Notes: generated from the letters alone by a model not told the origin. Shown: positions 48,924 through 57,980, counted from the first letter of the stretch. The stretch: DNA of 64,000 nucleotides from Pseudomonadota bacterium (GCA_918234285.1 CAKJXZ020000003.1:32001-96000), one strand, 5' to 3'. Translations and numbers: made by a program.

Positions 48924-49000
48924 TGGTCGGAGTGACTGGATTCGGACCAGCGACTTCTACGTCCCGAACGTAGCGCTCTACCAGGCTGAGCTACACTCCG
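48924..49000 (-). tRNA. tRNA-Pro(CGG)
   Basis: CGGAGTG...CACTCCG-ACCA, anticodon loop TT-CGG-GA; T-loop reads TCCGAAT. Confidence 0.93.
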
Positions 49001-49113
49001 ATAACTCACTCTCTTTTAATACATTTTTTTCATAATGCAACAAAAATTTTTCTTTTTTTGTAAAAAAAACAAAATCCTTCTATTTTTTATCGCAATATCA
49101 ACATATTAATCGT

Positions 49114-49644
49114 TTAATAATTTATTCTGCCGAATAGTCGACTTTTCGCAGAACTTTCGCCGTCGTTATCGTTTGCCGCGGCTTCTTCTGTTTTTTGTGT
49201 TCCCTCATAACCTGCACGCAATTCCTGAAAAGCTGCTTTCTGCGTATCATCCAACACCGCCTCAAACGACATCAAAGTATTGATTTCCAAAGCTCTGGAA
49301 CGACGACGCAATGCGGCAATCTCCTGCATAATATTTTTTTGCTCTTCCATGCTGTTTTGGCTGATTTTTTTAATTTCCTCCAGCTGTTGCTTACTTAAAT
49401 TCAGATTCTGCACATAATAGCTGATATCCGGATCACTGACTTCAACATCCACTACCTCGGCAACATTATCTTCTGCCGCTTTATCCTCTGTTTCGGCCAA
49501 CAAAGAAATAGGCTTGGCCAACTGCTCCGTTTCGACAACTTTTTCATCTGCGGCGGCATTTCCGAAAACTTGCGCCGACGCTTCGGTCAACAGCCCTAAT
49601 GACAAACCGGCAACACACAATAAAAACTTTGCATACATATTCAT
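49114..49644 (-). CDS. Exported protein, Spy/CpxP-like
   Basis: Signal peptide ending ASA; LNLSKQQ and LDDTQK (LTxxQ-like) motifs. Confidence 0.55.
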   Translation of the reverse strand: MNMYAKFLLCVAGLSLGLLTEASAQVFGNAAADEKVVETEQLAKPISLLAETEDKAAEDNVAEVVDVEVSDPDISYYVQNLNLSKQQLEEIKKISQNSMEEQKNIMQEIAALRRRSRALEINTLMSFEAVLDDTQKAAFQELRAGYEGTQKTEEAAANDNDGESSAKSRLFGRINY

Positions 49645-49797
49645 TCTCCGCAACGCTGTTAATCTTGTTTCAATAGTATCCGCTTTCGGCAATTTTGCAA
49701 GTTTTTTATGGTATAAATTAGCGTTCATACACAACTTTAATCGGTTTTTATTGCATATTCGCCGCGGTCTGCTATATTCAAGCCGATAGGAGATAAA

Positions 49798-50580
49798 ATG
49801 AGAATATTGTATTGCGGAGATATAGTGGCACGTTCCGGCCGCGAGGTTGTTGCGGAAAATATGGCCAGACTCAAAACAGATTATAAAGCCGATGTAATTA
49901 TGCTTAACGTTGAAAATGCCGCCCACGGTTTCGGAGTTACTCCCGGCATTTGCCGCGACTTTTTGGCGCGCGGTGCCGATGTTTTGGTTACCGGCAATCA
50001 TTTTTTGAATCAGCGCGATATTATTCCGTTTTTGGATGAATGCAAAGTTATCGTGCGTCCGGCCAATATTCCGGCAGAAAATCCGGGGCGCGGACATATA
50101 GTATTTGAGCTTGCCGACGGCCGCCGAATTTTGGTTATTCAGCTACTCGGACGGTTATTTATGGAAGCGGTTGATTGTCCGGTGCAAGCTGTTGACAACA
50201 TTCTGCGCAATTACACGCTCGGCCGCAATATTGACGCGATATTCGTCGATGTGCATGCCGAAGCCTCATCGGAAAAACTTTCGCTCGGCTATTACCTCGA
50301 CGGCAAAGTTTCTTGCGTTGCCGGCACTCATACTCACGTACCGACTGCCGATGCTCGCGTTTTGCCGCAAGGCACGGCCTATATTACCGATGTGGGAATG
50401 TGCGGAAACTATAACTCCATTCTCGGCTTTGATATAGCGGCACCGATTAACCGGTTGCGCCGCCGTTATACCGATGACCGTTTGACACCGGCCGCGGGCA
50501 AAGGAACGATATACGCCGTTCTGGTTGAAACCGATGACACAACCGGATTAGCCAAATCAATCGAACAAATCAAAATATAA
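49798..50580 (+). CDS. YmdB-like metallophosphoesterase
   Basis: GDIV, NVENAAHGFG, TGNH, DVHAEASSEK, GTHTHVPTAD, TDVGMCG. Confidence 0.94.
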   Translation: MRILYCGDIVARSGREVVAENMARLKTDYKADVIMLNVENAAHGFGVTPGICRDFLARGADVLVTGNHFLNQRDIIPFLDECKVIVRPANIPAENPGRGHIVFELADGRRILVIQLLGRLFMEAVDCPVQAVDNILRNYTLGRNIDAIFVDVHAEASSEKLSLGYYLDGKVSCVAGTHTHVPTADARVLPQGTAYITDVGMCGNYNSILGFDIAAPINRLRRRYTDDRLTPAAGKGTIYAVLVETDDTTGLAKSIEQIKI

Positions 50581-50626
50581 AGGAGCCCGTTTCAAAGGCT
50601 CCTTTATAAGTTTCTATAACTTCAAA

Positions 50627-51253
50627 TCAGAAAAACTTCATCACGAATACGCAATTGCTGCTCGGACAATTACAAGCCAATGATGCCGTTCCCGGGTCCA
50701 TCGGCAAATCAACATCCGAACCGCCGGAACAGGCAACGGCATAAGCTATGTCGCTGTCATTGCCAGTATTGTTAGGAGAACCCGTACATCCGATGTACAG
50801 AGCTTGTTCAATAGTCTCAACTTTAGATTCCTGACCTACACCGAGACCGATAAGCGACGAATTACGTACGTTGCCCCATGCACTCGAACCGAGCGCAACA
50901 CACGCATCATCCGTCAAGCCGGAAAATTCTATTACATAAGCTTGCGAATCAGTGCTGTTGTTTTCAATCGGAGACGGTTTAACCGTAATGCCGCCATCAT
51001 AAGGATTGGTATCGGTCACCGGAGCGCCCAATTTCAATGCCGCCGCATTCGATAAACCGGCATAAGAATCTTTGCCGGCACCGTATGCCGAGATTTTGGA
51101 AGCAATAGCCCCTACCTGCTCCAACGATGCATTAATTTTATATTGGCTCATCATTTTGCTGTAACCGGCCAAACCGCCGACAGATAGAACACCGATGATG
51201 GCCAACACACCAAGCATTTCAATCATTGAACGTCCGGTTTCATTGATTTTCAT
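50627..51253 (-). CDS. Type IV pilin-like protein
   Basis: NETG|RSMIEMLGVLAIIGVLSVGG; paralog of 36333..37019. Confidence 0.85.
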   Translation of the reverse strand: MKINETGRSMIEMLGVLAIIGVLSVGGLAGYSKMMSQYKINASLEQVGAIASKISAYGAGKDSYAGLSNAAALKLGAPVTDTNPYDGGITVKPSPIENNSTDSQAYVIEFSGLTDDACVALGSSAWGNVRNSSLIGLGVGQESKVETIEQALYIGCTGSPNNTGNDSDIAYAVACSGGSDVDLPMDPGTASLACNCPSSNCVFVMKFF

Positions 51254-51272
51254 AACCTTACTCCGCGCCATT

Positions 51273-51959
51273 TTATTTTTTCTCATCCGGATCGCGCAAG
51301 ACATAACCGCGCCCCCAAACGGTTTCAATATAATTTTTGCCGCCGGAAGCTTTTTCGAGTTTTTTGCGCAGTTTACAAATAAACACGTCAATAATTTTGA
51401 GTTCCGGCTCGTCAATACCGCCATACAAATGGTTGAGGAATTGGTCCTTATTCAAAGTGGCGCCCTTGCGCAGGGAAAGCAGTTCCATAATGCCGTATTC
51501 TTTACCGGTAAGATGCAACGTTTTGCCCTTAACGGTAACGGTTTGCGTATCCAAATCGATTTCAACGTCGCCGGTGCGGATAATGGAGTTGGAGTGGCCT
51601 TTGGAACGACGAACAACTGCCTGAATACGTGCCAAGAGTTCGGCCTTATCAAACGGTTTGGTTAAATAGTCATCGGCACCATAACCCAAGCCCTTAACTT
51701 TTTTATCCGGCTCGGATAATCCGGAAAGAATGAGAACCGGAGTATTAACTTTGGCATTACGCAGATTTTTCAAAACTTCATAACCGTTCATATCCGGCAG
51801 CATCAAATCCAAAATGATAATATCATAATCATAAAGTTTAGCGATATCCAGCCCGTCTTCGCCCAAATCGGTAGAGTCAACCACCATACCTTCTTTTTTG
51901 AGCATCATTTCAATACTTTGCGATACCGCATAATCATCTTCGACCAAAAGAACTCTCAT
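51273..51959 (-). CDS. ctrA: Cell-cycle response regulator CtrA
   Basis: [73 protein letters not shown]. Confidence 0.95.
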   Translation of the reverse strand: MRVLLVEDDYAVSQSIEMMLKKEGMVVDSTDLGEDGLDIAKLYDYDIIILDLMLPDMNGYEVLKNLRNAKVNTPVLILSGLSEPDKKVKGLGYGADDYLTKPFDKAELLARIQAVVRRSKGHSNSIIRTGDVEIDLDTQTVTVKGKTLHLTGKEYGIMELLSLRKGATLNKDQFLNHLYGGIDEPELKIIDVFICKLRKKLEKASGGKNYIETVWGRGYVLRDPDEKK

Positions 51960-52163
51960 ATTTTCCGCCTTTCCCAAAAAGTTAACCACGATAAGTCGAG
52001 TTTAATCAAATCAATGCAAATGAAAAGTATTTGTTAATAATTATTAACAAGAATATCAAAAAAAATTTGACATCGGTAAATTTAGCGATTAAAACACCTC
52101 GGTGGGCGAAAAAACGCTTGATTTTTCATAAGATATGCGCTAGAAATAACAACTGTTGACAGC

Positions 52164-52238
52164 GGTCCCATCGTCTAGTGGTTAGGACGCGGCCCTCTCA
52201 AGGCTGCAACACGAGTTCAAATCTCGTTGGGATCACCA
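52164..52238 (+). tRNA. tRNA-Glu(CTC)
   Basis: GGTCCCA...TGGGATC-ACCA, anticodon loop CT-CTC-AA, GTTCAAATC. Confidence 0.95.
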
Positions 52239-52274
52239 ATAAAAAAACTCTCTCTTGCGGGGAGTTTTTTTTAT

Positions 52275-52420
52275 TGACCCGAATTTCCGTGCGAGATTTG
52301 AACGAGGTACGCGGCCTCCTGAAAAGATACCTTAATGTATGTTTTCAGGAGGAGACGCAATGAAACTTAATTGAGCAAGAGAAGCGACAGCAACCGTGGC
52401 GAAATTTTGTTGGAATTGGG
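52275..52420 (+). repeat. tRNA-Glu-linked element (degenerate)
   Basis: CGAGATTTGAAC is the inverted T-arm of tRNA-Glu; hairpin CCTCCTGAAAA..TTTTCAGGAGG; ends AAATTTTGTTGG, resembling AAATCTCGTTGG. Confidence 0.55.
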
Positions 52421-52581
52421 AGGAAAATCTAAATTAACAATCGAGTGCCCGAAGCGAAGTTAACGATTGGCAAGCGACAGCGTCGACAGAGTTCACAAAG
52501 CAATACACCATTAAAAAACTTGACAAAGCAAACCGATATTTTATAATCGGCGCAAATTTGCATTATTTATTTGTTACAATT

Positions 52582-52974
52582 ATGACACAGTTTGAAGAAT
52601 TATTACTCAAAACCGGCAATCCGGATTTGATTTGTGCTTTTATCCGTGAGCACAGGGAAAACTTAAGTAAAGACTTCGCTCAAAACTTTGAGTTTTACTG
52701 CGAACAAACGAAACGTAAACTGGCCGATGTATGCTTTGATACGGATATTCAGGATATGAAAATCAAGGAATTTCTGGATATCTACGGCTGGGATATGTCA
52801 CCATCCACCAAATCGCGCGTTTGCAACTGGTTACCCTATGCCAATATTAAAACCGTGCGGGATTTGTTGCAGTACAGCTATATAGAGCTTGCCCGCATAT
52901 ATGGCCTGGGTTCAAGATCCGTAATACTGCTGGAAAAGGCTATTGAAAAAGCAGGTTATCAACTTAGGGATTAA
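52582..52974 (+). CDS. Protein with C-terminal RNA polymerase alpha-CTD-like domain
   Basis: SRVCNWLPYANIKTVRDLLQYSYIELARIYGLGSRSVILLEKAIEKAGYQL follows the alpha-CTD pattern R-x2-N-x-L...I..I.DL....EL....LG.KS. Confidence 0.7.
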   Translation: MTQFEELLLKTGNPDLICAFIREHRENLSKDFAQNFEFYCEQTKRKLADVCFDTDIQDMKIKEFLDIYGWDMSPSTKSRVCNWLPYANIKTVRDLLQYSYIELARIYGLGSRSVILLEKAIEKAGYQLRD

Positions 52975-52977
52975 CGC

Positions 52978-53011
52978 AAAAAAGGCTTGTCACTTTTGAC
53001 AAGCCTTTTTT
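52978..53011. terminator. Bidirectional terminator
   Basis: AAAAAAGGCTTGTCA..TGACAAGCCTTTTTT. Confidence 0.85.
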
Positions 53012-53027
53012 GTGCGAGCAAAATCGC

Positions 53028-53639
53028 TTAGAAATCGTATCTCACACCGAGCATAATCTCGTGAGAACGCGGCTTGTATTCAAGCTTTTCATACGCAATA
53101 TTCGGAATGCGATATTCTTTATCGAAATCACCGTAGGTAATATAACGATAACCTAAGTCAATACTGGCATGAGTACTAATTCTGTAACCGACACCGGCGC
53201 CGAGTTGCATGGCCAGACCGTCATCTTTAATACTGCCGCCGCGGCCTTCAAATTCGGCACATCCCCAACCTAAGCCGACACCGACATAAGGCACAAACGG
53301 ACTTTTTAAATCAAAGTCGTAATAAACATTGAACAATGCGCCCTGAGTTTTGATTTTTACATCATCTTTTTTGGCATCGGTATTTTTGGTATATTCCAGT
53401 TCAAGCCGGAAATCGCCGTTCATAACCTTATAAATATGGCCGACAGCCAAAGAGCCGCCCCATACTTCATCATTAAAATCTTGCTTGCCTTCGGCAACTC
53501 CCGTCATTTTTATCTCGTTACGGGAAAAGCCGTATTTTGCTTTTGCCGCCACATAAGGATTAAATTGAAAAGCTGAGGCATTTGCAGCCGCCAAGCATAC
53601 TATACCCGCCAGTAATAAGATTTTTTTCATAGCTGTCAT
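53028..53639 (-). CDS. 8-stranded outer-membrane beta-barrel (opacity/OmpA-TM-like)
   Basis: Signal peptide, RLELEY, NVYYDF, PYVGVGLG, DLGYRY, terminal GVRYDF. Confidence 0.9.
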   Translation of the reverse strand: MTAMKKILLLAGIVCLAAANASAFQFNPYVAAKAKYGFSRNEIKMTGVAEGKQDFNDEVWGGSLAVGHIYKVMNGDFRLELEYTKNTDAKKDDVKIKTQGALFNVYYDFDLKSPFVPYVGVGLGWGCAEFEGRGGSIKDDGLAMQLGAGVGYRISTHASIDLGYRYITYGDFDKEYRIPNIAYEKLEYKPRSHEIMLGVRYDF

Positions 53640-53814
53640 CCTTTATTCGTTAAAACACGAAAGATAAATCTTTCAGCTACATTAGATATTTATTTCTTGT
53701 TGATGTCAAATCAAAAAATTTTACAAAATATAACAAACTCCGCCCGCATTCACAGATGATTGACAACTGTCGTTTCGATTGCTATAAATGCATTCAACAG
53801 AGGTATATATAAAA

Positions 53815-54273
53815 ATGGCTGCTGCAATTAAATTTTGTTTGCCGACAGGAGAATGGTGGTTTTTGAGTCCGTATGCCGCCTTTCCGATAAAAATGGAAGT
53901 TGACGGAAATTTTTATACTTTTCCGACAGTTGAACATTATTATCAGGCAATGAAATTTTATGCCGCCGACAAGCGCTTTGCAAAAATTATCGCCCTCAAA
54001 AACCCCGACGAGGCCAGATTACTCACCAAAACACCGAAATATCAAGTCAATCGCCGGCTCGATTTTGCAGAAAATAAATTTGCGATTATGGAAGCGGGAC
54101 TGCGTGCCAAATTTACGCAAAACCCCGATGCCGCCGAAATGTTGAAAAATACCGGTACCGCCGTCCTGATGAAGTCTTGCCCCGTATGTTATAAATGCGG
54201 TTTCGGTATCGGTTGCGGCCATAATCGCATGGGAAAAATTTTAATGCAAATCCGCCAAGAAATTTCCGAATAA
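53815..54273 (+). CDS. NADAR (YbiA-like) family protein, Cys-rich variant
   Basis: FPTVEHYYQAMKF, MEAGLRAKFTQN, LKNTG, GHNRMGKILMQIR. Confidence 0.85.
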   Translation: MAAAIKFCLPTGEWWFLSPYAAFPIKMEVDGNFYTFPTVEHYYQAMKFYAADKRFAKIIALKNPDEARLLTKTPKYQVNRRLDFAENKFAIMEAGLRAKFTQNPDAAEMLKNTGTAVLMKSCPVCYKCGFGIGCGHNRMGKILMQIRQEISE

Positions 54274-54322
54274 AAAAGCAACTCGCCGAACACCATGCGA
54301 GTTGCTTTTCCACATCAAAAAA

Positions 54323-54766
54323 TTACTTTTTCGAGGATGATTTTCTGGCCGTAGGTTTCTTAGCCGCCACGGCATTTTTAGCCTCTGTTTTTTTAGCCGC
54401 CACAGCATTTCTTGCTTCTATTTTTTTGGTTGCCGCAGCACTTCTGGTTGCAGTCTTTCTAGCCATTGCCGCCTCTTTTTTAGCCGCGACTTTTGCTGCT
54501 TTTTTCTCCGCCACTGCCGCTCTTTTAGCTGCTTGTTTCTCTGCTTCCGTCGCTTTTTTAGCCGCTTCCTCCTTTGCTGCCGCCGCTTTCTTAGCCGCTT
54601 CCGCCTCTGCAACTTTTTCTGCCGCTGCTGTTCTTTGAGCTACAGTTCTATTTATTTCTGCCGATAAAGAATTATCTTCCATTTTATTCGAATTAATAGT
54701 AATTTGCGCATTTGCCAAACCGATAGTCATAAACACTGCGCCAAAAATGATTATCAAGCCCTTCAT
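54323..54766 (-). CDS. Exported Lys/Ala-rich low-complexity protein
   Basis: Signal peptide ending ANA-Q; AAKK repeats; GGAGG RBS. Confidence 0.65.
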   Translation of the reverse strand: MKGLIIIFGAVFMTIGLANAQITINSNKMEDNSLSAEINRTVAQRTAAAEKVAEAEAAKKAAAAKEEAAKKATEAEKQAAKRAAVAEKKAAKVAAKKEAAMARKTATRSAAATKKIEARNAVAAKKTEAKNAVAAKKPTARKSSSKK

Positions 54767-54954
54767 CTGTGCCTCCGTTACAAATTTTCAATAATGATGT
54801 TTTATCACAATAAATTTTAATTGTCTAATTAAAAGTTTCGGCAATAATCAACATTTTTCGAATAATCCGTGTGCAGGTTGATAATTTATTTGTTTTTATT
54901 GAATCGCCGGCAAATCGGAGTATGATATGCAAAACAACAGTGAAAGGGAAACAA

Positions 54955-55785
54955 ATGTCTCGAACGGTTTTATTGATGGTGGCATTAATGCTGCTGTTTA
55001 TGTATGTCGGCAATCTCCTCGGCGGAGAAGAAGGTATGAAATCAGCGTTTTTGGCGGCTTGTGCCATGAACTTTGTCAGCTATTTTTTCAGCGACAAACT
55101 GGTCTTAAAACAATATAGCGCTAAAGAAGCCACGGCACAGACAGCTCCGGAACTGTATCAGATTGTGCAGCGGCTTTCCGCCAAAGCCGGTTTACCGATG
55201 CCGAAAGTATACGTTATTCCGGAACAGGTGCCGAATGCTTTTGCTACCGGCCGTAGCCCGAGCCATGCCGCAGTTGCCGCCACTCAAGGCTTACTTAATT
55301 TAATGACGCCGGAAGAAATCGAGGGAGTTTTGGCCCACGAAATGAGCCATGTCAAACATCGTGATATTCTTATCGGCACCATTGCCGCAACTTTTGCCGG
55401 CGCCGTCGCCATGCTGGCCAATATGACCCGATCAAGCTCAGGCAAGCAAAGTTCTTCCGGCAGTCGTCCCGGGATTTTGGCGGCGATATTGATGCCGATT
55501 GCCGCCACCATTATACGTATGACTATTTCACGCACCAGAGAATATAAAGCTGATGAAGGCGCCGCTTATCTGACCGGTCATCCCGAATGGCTGATGAGCG
55601 CACTTTCCAAACTCGAAGGATATTCACAAAATTATCAAATGCAGAATGCTACTTCGCAAACCGCACACATGTTCATTGTCAATCCGTTTAACGGCCTGAG
55701 CAGCATATCACGGTTGTTTGCTACTCACCCGAGCACTAAAGACAGGCTGACCGCATTGGATAATATCCGCAAAAAAATGCACTAA
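54955..55785 (+). CDS. htpX: Zinc metalloprotease HtpX
   Basis: PNAFATGR, VLAHEMSH, SRTREYKAD, FATHPST. Confidence 0.93.
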   Translation: MSRTVLLMVALMLLFMYVGNLLGGEEGMKSAFLAACAMNFVSYFFSDKLVLKQYSAKEATAQTAPELYQIVQRLSAKAGLPMPKVYVIPEQVPNAFATGRSPSHAAVAATQGLLNLMTPEEIEGVLAHEMSHVKHRDILIGTIAATFAGAVAMLANMTRSSSGKQSSSGSRPGILAAILMPIAATIIRMTISRTREYKADEGAAYLTGHPEWLMSALSKLEGYSQNYQMQNATSQTAHMFIVNPFNGLSSISRLFATHPSTKDRLTALDNIRKKMH

Positions 55786-55839
55786 TCGAGTTTATATAAA
55801 ACGAAAACCCCGGCATCTGTTCAATGCAGGGGTTTTTGC

Positions 55840-56196
55840 TTATTTGCGCCGTTTTATACCGTTGATTGCATATACAACAGCACAGGCCATCGGCACTAAA
55901 TAAAACCAATAGGTACCGATTTGCGTAATTCCGCCGCGAACTTGGGCCGAGAGGGTCAAGATCATCAAACCGATAATAATGAACAGAGTGGCAAACCAAT
56001 ACATCGAGGCATTATTCAGTTTTCGACGCTCTTCTTGGCGATAGGTTTTTTCGGCGGCAGAAAGCCTCATCTCACCATCATTCTGACGCCACCACGGATT
56101 CTTCTTTTTCCAGCTCAAATCGTAATAGAGCATTACTAACGTGGCAACGATTGCCGTCAAAATAAACGGCATGCAAATAATTCTGATTTCCTCCAT
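55840..56196 (-). CDS. Hypothetical membrane protein
   Basis: About three TM helices; start uncertain. Confidence 0.5.
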   Translation of the reverse strand: MEEIRIICMPFILTAIVATLVMLYYDLSWKKKNPWWRQNDGEMRLSAAEKTYRQEERRKLNNASMYWFATLFIIIGLMILTLSAQVRGGITQIGTYWFYLVPMACAVVYAINGIKRRK

Positions 56197-56280
56197 AATG
56201 ATTGATTTATTTACATAATTATTCAGATTGTAAAACCAATGTAACATATTCAATGATTATTGCAAGGAATATTTTGTGAT

Positions 56281-56554
56281 TGCCGCGGTGTACCCCCGCA
56301 ACAAGAAAAAAGTCGATTAAAGAGCTTAATACGAAGAACGCCGTCTTGCGCGGTGTTCTGCAAAAGGAAAAAACTCGAATAGCGTGTATAAATACGCAGA
56401 AAGTCCTTTGACGCGGTGTACTTCACAACAAAAAAGTCCAGTTTCACAAAAAAACTCTTCTAATGAGGTTAATAGAAGTATACCGACTGCCGCGGTGTAC
56501 AAAGTAGTACATAAGGCAATCGGTATACGATTAGTAACTCACTAGAAGAGTTTT
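56281..56554. repeat. RPE-like palindromic element (56451-56554) plus upstream partial copies
   Basis: AAAACTCTTCTA...TAGAAGAGTTTT hairpin; core CGCGGTGT(A/T)C at ~56284, ~56349, ~56412, ~56491. Confidence 0.85.
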
Positions 56555-56559
56555 CCTAA

Positions 56560-57243
56560 TTAAAGATTTGCGGCATCAACCTTAACGCCCACACCCATAG
56601 TCGAACTGATTGAAATTTTCTTCAAATAAGTTCCTTTCAGGCTGGACGGTTTAGCCTTTAAAATCGTTTCAATGAACAATTTGGCATTGTCATAGATTTG
56701 ATCACTGCTGAAGGAAGCCTTAGCCACACCGGCGTGAACAATACCGTTCTTTTCAACACGATATTGAACTTCACCGGCCTTGGCATTTTTAACAGCGGTA
56801 GCAACATCGGTAGTAACCGTACCGAGTTTCGGGTTCGGCATCAAGCCCTTCGGACCCAACACGCGAGCAACACGACCGGCCATACCCATCATATCCGGAG
56901 TTGCAATACATCTGTCAAAGTCAACCTTGCCGGCCAAGATTGAATCCACCAGGTTCTCGGCACCGATAATATCAGCACCGGCAGCCTTAGCTTCATCAGC
57001 CTTTTCGCCTTGTGCAAACACAGCCACGCGAACGGTTTTGCCATTGCCGTGCGGCAACTGGCAAACACCGCGAATCATTTGATCGGCGTGTTTCGGATCA
57101 ACACCTAAGTTAATTGCCAAATCGATGGTCTCATCGAATTTTGCAGTTGCATTTTCTTTTACGATATTGATAGCGTCTTTCAAGCTGTAAGCCTGGTTCT
57201 TATCAATATTTTTATATGCATTTACTAATCTCTTTCCGCTCAT
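56560..57243 (-). CDS. rplA: 50S ribosomal protein L1
   Basis: [38 protein letters not shown]. Confidence 0.98.
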   Translation of the reverse strand: MSGKRLVNAYKNIDKNQAYSLKDAINIVKENATAKFDETIDLAINLGVDPKHADQMIRGVCQLPHGNGKTVRVAVFAQGEKADEAKAAGADIIGAENLVDSILAGKVDFDRCIATPDMMGMAGRVARVLGPKGLMPNPKLGTVTTDVATAVKNAKAGEVQYRVEKNGIVHAGVAKASFSSDQIYDNAKLFIETILKAKPSSLKGTYLKKISISSTMGVGVKVDAANL

Positions 57244-57247
57244 CGAC

Positions 57248-57685
57248 TTACTCCGTTACTTCAATACCCATGGAAACAGCCTGACCTTTAACCATATTCA
57301 TGGCGGATTCAACTGTTGAGCAGTTCAAATCCGGCATTTTGGTGGTGGCAATTTCTTTAACTTGCGCTAAAGTGATTTTGCCGGCAGACTTTTTGCCCGG
57401 TTCTTTAGATGCAGATTGAACACCGGCGGCTTTCTTAATCAAATAAGAAACCGGCGGCAACTTGGTGATGAACGTAAAGCTCTTATCATCGTAAGCGGTA
57501 ATGATTACCGGCACCGGAACACCCGGCTCGATTTTTTGCGTTTGTGCATTAAATGCTTTACAAAATTCCATAATGTTTAAGCCTTTTTGGCCCAAAGCAG
57601 GACCTACCGGCGGAGACGGATTCGCCTTACCCGCAGGTATTTGCAGCTTAATCAGACCTAAAATTTTCTTTTTAGATTTAGCCAT
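57248..57685 (-). CDS. rplK: 50S ribosomal protein L11
   Basis: [39 protein letters not shown]. Confidence 0.98.
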   Translation of the reverse strand: MAKSKKKILGLIKLQIPAGKANPSPPVGPALGQKGLNIMEFCKAFNAQTQKIEPGVPVPVIITAYDDKSFTFITKLPPVSYLIKKAAGVQSASKEPGKKSAGKITLAQVKEIATTKMPDLNCSTVESAMNMVKGQAVSMGIEVTE

Positions 57686-57705
57686 TTTATACCTCTCTTA
57701 GGTTT

Positions 57706-57733
57706 GTGGTAAAGACAATGGCTTGTCCCCCAC
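57706..57733 (-). promoter_or_regulatory. Putative L1-binding mRNA leader (autoregulatory site)
   Basis: GUGG-GG-GACAA(gcca)UUGUC-UUUA-CCAC stem/internal loop just upstream of the rplK RBS. Confidence 0.6.
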
Positions 57734-57980
57734 AATATTATTAACACAAAACACCTCAAAAGACGATTCTCTCTCAAGATGCCTGCTCTGTATAACACAT
57801 AAAGCGAAAATTGCAAGCATTTTTTTACTCATCGGCGCAAAAAAAAACGCCCGACCGAGCAAAATTTAAGTTGTCTCGTTTTATTGTTAACTTTTATCGA
57901 CGAAAACAAATTTTTTACTTGATTTTAGACAAAACAGATGTTATATTGAATTTAACAGATGATTTTTTAGGAGAATTAAT

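Noticed and set aside
40223-49000. Integrated genomic island or prophage between tRNA-Arg and tRNA-Pro
   Set aside because: Rich in accessory genes but no integrase, phage or transfer genes, and no distant att duplication was seen
49114-50097. 327-aa version of the ORF as listed in the track
   Set aside because: The upstream extension overlaps the divergent ymdB-like gene; a start at 49644 gives an RBS and signal peptide. Similar start trimming was applied to hup, mlaD, GT2, hydE, pilin, ctrA, htpX and HAD
53815-54766. NADAR plus neighbour as a DarT-NADAR toxin-antitoxin or defence pair
   Set aside because: The neighbours are an outer-membrane protein and a low-complexity exported protein on the opposite strand; no ADP-ribosyltransferase motifs were seen
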